Assembly: GCA_958295525.1 (NCBI GenBank)
Contig: OY282355.1
Coordinates: 655,504-719,503, forward strand
DNA length: 64,000 bases
Source of the DNA: an uncultured Dehalococcoidia bacterium
GTDB lineage: Bacteria > Chloroflexota > Dehalococcoidia > Lucifugimonadales > Australimonadaceae
Reading direction: 5' to 3'
The position numbers and the translations under genes were made by a program. Every line of letters starts with the position of its first letter. The first letter of the stretch is position 1. Positions 59,969 through 64,000 of the stretch are shown here, piece after piece. The notes under the pieces were generated by a model that worked only from the letters and a program-made list of their open reading frames with translations, did no database searches and had not been told where the DNA came from.

Positions 59969-61726
59969 TCATCCGACGAAGAACCTGTTGCGGGCGATTT
60001 CCTCGGCGTAGGCGGCGTCTGCGTTCGCCTCCGCGTCAGGGGATGCGGGATTCCCGCCTTCGCGGGAATGACGATGCGCTGCGCGCTCCGTCACGGAGGC
60101 GAGATTCCCGCCTTCGCGGGAATGACGGGACACAGGGTCGCCGGGCGGGTCGTCGCCGTCATCGTTGTCGTCAGGGGCGGGGGGCGGCGGGAGGGGGACG
60201 CCGGCAGGGGCGCGAGCGCGCAGGAAGGGCTCGTAGCCCGTCCAAATCTGGAGGGACGGCGGGCGCATAAACGCAAGCGCCAAAGCGTCGGCGCGGTCAG
60301 GCGACGGCACGCCTTTCTTGCGCGTTTCACGCTTGCTCTCCAATTTCACCTGCCCGGAACTCGTCACGTCGTAGCGCAAGGACAGGAGTTGCGCGGCGAG
60401 GATTTCGTCTTGCGGCAGCGCGATGAGGTGGTCGTTCATCAGGCGGCGCAACTCCCAGAAGATTTCGGAGCGCAGGTTGGCGAATCTTGTCGGATGGGGC
60501 GCGCGGCGTCCGAATTGCACGCCGTAGACGGGCGCGCCGACCTCCTTGAGGCGGTCGCACACGCCTCCGCCGACGCCGTTCTCGTCAACGAACACCGCCT
60601 CGGCGCCCAGTTCGTTGGCCATCAGCGCCGCCTCGCCCGCGACGCGCATCGTGTCCATCTCGCGGTCGAGCGATTTCGTGGCGATGACGCGCTGGCCGCG
60701 CCTTGCGATCAGCACGGACTTGTCGGCTCCGAACCGGGCGACGTCCACGCCGATATACACGGGCTCGCGCTCGTCCTCTTCTTCTGTGGGGGCGCCCGCG
60801 CCGGACGGAGCAGACTCCGCCATCGCCGTCTCGACGGCCTTGCGTCCGACGAGCGAGTTGTCCTCCGCGTCCGGGAATTCGGCGTAGACGGACGAGCGGA
60901 ACAAGGGATGATCCTCGCCCCAGATGAGCGCTTTGTCGGCGATGTCTTCCGGCGTGATGAGGCCGGGGACGGGCTCGGCGCCGTCTATGAGATTCGGCGT
61001 GTCGAGGGCGGAGATGCGGAGGCGGGCGTAGGCCACTTGCTTCGCGTGGTGCGAATCGTAGAACTCGCCAGGGCGGGAGAGGGCGTTGCCGATCATTAGG
61101 AATTTCGTCGGGTTGAGGCGGATGGCCGCGTCAATGTAGGGTTGCTCGACGCCGTGCGCCTCGTCTACGATGACGAGCAACTGCGGCGAATGGAACCCCT
61201 GCACGCGGTCGGGCTTGTTCGTGGAGAACGCCACGCCGAATCTGTCGGGGGAGATGGTGTAGCGGCTTTTGGTGAGTTTGCCGGAGAGTTGGATGTCGGC
61301 GTTTGCGACGGCGGTGGCGATTTCGGGCCAGAGGATGTACTCGATTTGGCGTTGGGTTGGCGCGAGGACGACGACTTTGGCTGCGGGTCGGGTCTCCAGC
61401 CACCAGAGGATGATGCGGGCGGCGGCCCAGTCTTTGCCTGAGCCGTTGCAGCCGACGATGGAGACGCGGCGGTGGTTGGCGACGAGGTCGAGCATTTCGA
61501 TCTGCTTGGGGTAGGGTTGGCCGGCGTTGGGGAGGACGTGTTGGATGAATCCGGCGGGGTCGTCGCGGAACTGGGCGAGAGCGGGTGCGGCGTCTTTCCC
61601 GCGTTCGCGGGCAGGGCGCGGCGGCTGGGCGCCGCAGGAGGCGCAGCGCGTGGCGGCGCGGCCTCTGCGAGGCTTGGGGGAAGCGTCGCGCTGGTGGCGG
61701 TTGAAGAGTTTGGCGATGAGACTCAT
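59969..61726 (-). CDS. Phage terminase large subunit-like protein (orphan), C-terminus encoded by REP elements
   Basis: 585 aa. Walker A-like 'VGCNGSGKDW', Walker B 'LLVIVDEAHG', RNase-H-like nuclease 'YIGVDVARFGADKS', 'SPDRADALALAF'. The last ~60 aa include 'SRHSREGGNLAS...RHSREGGNPAS'. Confidence 0.75.
   Translation of the reverse strand: MSLIAKLFNRHQRDASPKPRRGRAATRCASCGAQPPRPARERGKDAAPALAQFRDDPAGFIQHVLPNAGQPYPKQIEMLDLVANHRRVSIVGCNGSGKDWAAARIILWWLETRPAAKVVVLAPTQRQIEYILWPEIATAVANADIQLSGKLTKSRYTISPDRFGVAFSTNKPDRVQGFHSPQLLVIVDEAHGVEQPYIDAAIRLNPTKFLMIGNALSRPGEFYDSHHAKQVAYARLRISALDTPNLIDGAEPVPGLITPEDIADKALIWGEDHPLFRSSVYAEFPDAEDNSLVGRKAVETAMAESAPSGAGAPTEEEDEREPVYIGVDVARFGADKSVLIARRGQRVIATKSLDREMDTMRVAGEAALMANELGAEAVFVDENGVGGGVCDRLKEVGAPVYGVQFGRRAPHPTRFANLRSEIFWELRRLMNDHLIALPQDEILAAQLLSLRYDVTSSGQVKLESKRETRKKGVPSPDRADALALAFMRPPSLQIWTGYEPFLRARAPAGVPLPPPPAPDDNDDGDDPPGDPVSRHSREGGNLASVTERAAHRHSREGGNPASPDAEANADAAYAEEIARNRFFVG
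60041..60130. repeat. Two REP-like hairpins inside the terminase reading frame
   Basis: gatgcgggattcccgccttcgcgggaatgacg ... ggcgagattcccgccttcgcgggaatgacggg. Confidence 0.85.
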
Positions 61727-61796
61727 AGTTGACAGTATCGCAACTAATGGCGGAACGCAATAGGGGCAAGTGTCGCATTGTGGGATGGGGGGACAG

Positions 61797-62095
61797 AGGG
61801 GCGAGATTCCCGCCTACGCGGGAATGACGGGGCACCCAGTAGGTTCCCGCTTTCGCGGGAATGACGAGCACAGGGGGCTGCTCCCGCATGCGCGTGGGGA
61901 CGCACCCAGTAGGTTCCCGCGTAGGCGGGAATGACGAATGGATGGCGGGGATGGCGGGGCACAGGGGGCGAGATTCCCGCCTACGCGGGAATGACGGAGG
62001 AGGGGGGAGGGGCGATGCGCTGCGCGGGGAGGGCGGGGCATGGGGGCGAGATTCCCGCCTACGCGGGAATGACGGGGCAAGGGGGCGCTTACGCG
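61797..62095. repeat. REP-like cluster (at least five hairpins)
   Basis: ggggcgagattcccgcctacgcgggaatgacgggg (three times), ccagtaggttcccgctttcgcgggaatgacg, ccagtaggttcccgcgtaggcgggaatgacg. Confidence 0.9.
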
Positions 62096-62110
62096 GGGAG
62101 GGGGAGGCGG

Positions 62111-62239
62111 ATGGCTATACTGCTCATCGGCGGAGTCAAAGCCGACGGGGACAGGTTTTACGAGAGGCGCGTTCCCGTGGCCGACCGGCTCTACGACGAG
62201 CATCTCGAGGAACTCCGAAAGGAAGGGTTGATCTCATGA
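62111..62239 (+). pseudogene. C-terminal half of a RelE/ParE-superfamily toxin (5' half replaced by REPs)
   Basis: 'MAILLIGGVKADGDRFYERRVPVADRLYDEHLEELRKEG' resembles the C-terminal '...ILLVAGDKSG...FY...IP.AD..Y..HL' segment of a RelE-like toxin family. Everything upstream in frame is REP translation ('GEIPAYAGMT'). Confidence 0.45.
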
Positions 62240-62421
62240 GCGGACACCACCCCTTTAGCGACCTCACCAAACGCTTCACGCCCGAGCAGTGGCGTTACAT
62301 CAAAGAGGGCGCCGCGAAGATGAATGCGGAGATCGAAGCCGCCAAGTCCGCCGCCGAGCAGCCGAAACCCAGCCGGGTCAAGCGTCAGCGGAAGGAGGCC
62401 GCGCAGTCGGGCGGAAGGTAG
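62236..62421 (+). CDS. Small antitoxin-like protein downstream of the toxin remnant
   Basis: ATGA overlap with the remnant's stop. 'MSGHHPFSDLTKRFTPEQWRYIKEGAAKMNAEIE', 61 aa. Assignment rests on context only. Confidence 0.4.
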   Translation: MSGHHPFSDLTKRFTPEQWRYIKEGAAKMNAEIEAAKSAAEQPKPSRVKRQRKEAAQSGGR

Positions 62422-62690
62422 GTTTCCGCTTCGCGGGCAGGGGGCGCTGCGCGCCGACTGGGTTCGCGGCTGCGCGGGAATGACGTGGCGTGTGGGGAAT
62501 TGGCGCTACGGGGGCGAGATTCCCGCCTACGCGGGAATGACGGAGGTGGGGGGCGAGGGGGGCGGAGAGGGCGGGGCGAGGGGGCGCTGCGCTACGCGCA
62601 TCGTCTGGCGCTTGCGCGCCGACTGGATTCCCGCCTGCGCGGGAATGACGGTAAGGGGGCGCTTGCGCGGGGAGGGCGGGGCGAGGCCCC
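62419..62690. repeat. REP-like cluster
   Basis: Several copies, including ggggcgagattcccgcctacgcgggaatgacgg and ctggattcccgcctgcgcgggaatgacgg. Confidence 0.85.
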
Positions 62691-62720
62691 GCCGGGGTGA
62701 TAAGGCGTGTTGCGGTCCCC

Positions 62721-63623
62721 CTACTCTGGCCACTCGCCGGAGTAGACCTCCACCGCGTCGCCCTCCATAAATACGGGGCCGCGGCCGGGCCAGGCGACCG
62801 TCAATTCCCCGCCGGGAACCTCCACGCGCACCTCGTCGCCCACGAGGCCGTGCAGGCGCGCCGCGACCACCATCGCGCTCGCGCCGGTGCCGCAGGCGAG
62901 CGTGAGGCCGGAGCCGCGCTCCCACGTGCGCGAGACGAGCCGGTCGCGCGCCGCGGCGTTGACCACGTGAAAGTTGACGCGGCGCGGAAACGCGGGGTGG
63001 CGCTCCACGAGCGGGCCAAGCCGGTCGAGCGGAACGTCCGCGACGGGCTCGCCAACGAACGCCGTGACGTGAGGATTGCCCATCGAGACCGCCGTAAGCG
63101 CGAACGCGGCGCCGTCAATGGCGAGCGGCGCGTCGAACGCGATCTCGCCGGGGCGGACGCCGAGCGTCGAGGCGAGGCCGGCGTCGAGCGCGGCGTAGTC
63201 GCTGGGGCCGAGCGCTGCGGCGTCGACGGGCACGTCGGCGGCGCGGAGAACGGGCTCGCCCATATTCACGCGCGCGCCGGTTACGCGGACGTCTTCCCAG
63301 CGCGGCTCGACGACGAGAACGCCGGCGTTCGTCTCGACGCGGAGCGCGGCGGGGTCGGCCTCGACCAGCCCGCGCTCCAAGACGAACTTGGCGAAGCAGC
63401 GGATGCCGTTGCCGCACATCTCGCCCTCCGAGCCGTCGGCGTTGAACATTCGCATACGGACGTCGGCGGCGGCGGACGGCGCGACGACGATGAGGCCGTC
63501 CGCGCCCGCGCCGAAATGCCGGTCGGACATCCGGCGGGCGAGTTCGGGCCAGTCGCGCCCCTCGCGCAGCCCGTCGACGTAGAGGTAATCGTTGCCCGCG
63601 CCCTGAAGTTTCGTGAACTGCAT
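62721..63623 (-). CDS. dapF: Diaminopimelate epimerase
   Basis: 300 aa. 'LQGAGNDYLYVD', 'MFNADGSEGEMCGNGIRCFAKF', 'TLACGTGASA' (both catalytic Cys contexts). Confidence 0.9.
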   Translation of the reverse strand: MQFTKLQGAGNDYLYVDGLREGRDWPELARRMSDRHFGAGADGLIVVAPSAAADVRMRMFNADGSEGEMCGNGIRCFAKFVLERGLVEADPAALRVETNAGVLVVEPRWEDVRVTGARVNMGEPVLRAADVPVDAAALGPSDYAALDAGLASTLGVRPGEIAFDAPLAIDGAAFALTAVSMGNPHVTAFVGEPVADVPLDRLGPLVERHPAFPRRVNFHVVNAAARDRLVSRTWERGSGLTLACGTGASAMVVAARLHGLVGDEVRVEVPGGELTVAWPGRGPVFMEGDAVEVYSGEWPE

Positions 63624-63908
63624 CGCCTGCTCCTGCCTTCTCCTCCCTGCCTATGCATAGGGGAACGTTGACTCACGCCGAAACGCGGCGCCGGGTGGAT
63701 CCAGCATACCTTACCTGCAGCCCCTCGCTCCCCAGGAGGCGCCGCGAACGCAATCGAACTTCCGCGAATCTCCGCAGCGCCTCGATTTGGCGGATTCTGC
63801 GAATTGACGCGCCGTCGCCGCCTTATTCCGCCGAATCTTTGCGCTATACCGCGCAGGGGCGGCGGGAATCAGGCGCGCGCTGAGCGTTGCGCGGCGGAAA
63901 ACACGCCA

Positions 63909-63938
63909 TTGACAGACGAGGCGGGCGCTCCGTAGAGT
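63909..63938 (+). promoter_or_regulatory. Weak promoter candidate reading out of the window
   Basis: TTGACA, 18-nt spacer, TAGAGT. The downstream target lies beyond the window. Confidence 0.2.
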
Positions 63939-64000
63939 CTCCGCGTTGCGCCGCCCAATCCGCTCTCCCTCCGCGCGTCTCCCCAACGCGCCCTGCAGGG

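Noticed and set aside
59969-62421. Integrated prophage around the terminase gene
   Set aside because: No other phage genes (portal, capsid, small terminase, integrase, repressor) and no att-like direct repeats are present. The neighbours are housekeeping genes and REP clusters. It is treated as an orphan gene.
61797-62690. Repeat clusters as possible CRISPR arrays (also 41478..41813 and 50469..50985)
   Set aside because: The repeats are self-complementary hairpins of several types, occur in both orientations, have irregular spacing and no unique spacers of constant length. No cas genes are present.
62697-63671. 324-aa + ORF
   Set aside because: Antisense to dapF, whose product has both catalytic Cys motifs.

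Overview
GC-rich (roughly two-thirds G+C by eye) bacterial chromosomal segment. The organism cannot be named from sequence alone. About 70 genes are supportable.

Backbone: housekeeping genes (recJ, fabF, dapF, modB, an FKBP isomerase, a GT39 glycosyltransferase) and paralogue-rich catabolic genes. The catabolic set comprises a xanthine-dehydrogenase-family Mo subunit, three bicupins plus a monocupin, three amidohydrolase_2 enzymes, three PhtD-like proteins, a TcuA-like flavoprotein, an acyl-CoA synthetase, an SDR and a flavin reductase.

Interleaved is an unusually dense set of defence and addiction modules:
- a translationally coupled dcm / GHKL-ATPase / two unassigned proteins / vsr operon with visibly lower GC;
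- McrBC;
- a split type I R-M locus (hsdR, then a fused hsdM-hsdS with low-GC target-recognition domains);
- a FitA/VapC pair;
- a four-cassette tandem array of Phd-like antitoxins with or without VapC;
- HicAB bracketed by two diverged copies of an unassigned + HEPN-like gene pair;
- BrnTA plus two extra brnA copies;
- a decayed RelE-like pair, an orphan HigA-like regulator and a HEPN-like orphan;
- an overlapping two-gene module of unknown function;
- an orphan phage terminase large subunit.

At least about 30 copies (counted by eye) of GC-rich hairpin (REP-like) repeats of several families cluster at the borders of these modules. Some have invaded or truncated genes.

No rRNA, tRNA or CRISPR array was seen. 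Many long ORFs in the supplied track are antisense shadows typical of high-GC DNA, and one real gene (1..1590, minus strand) is missing from the track.
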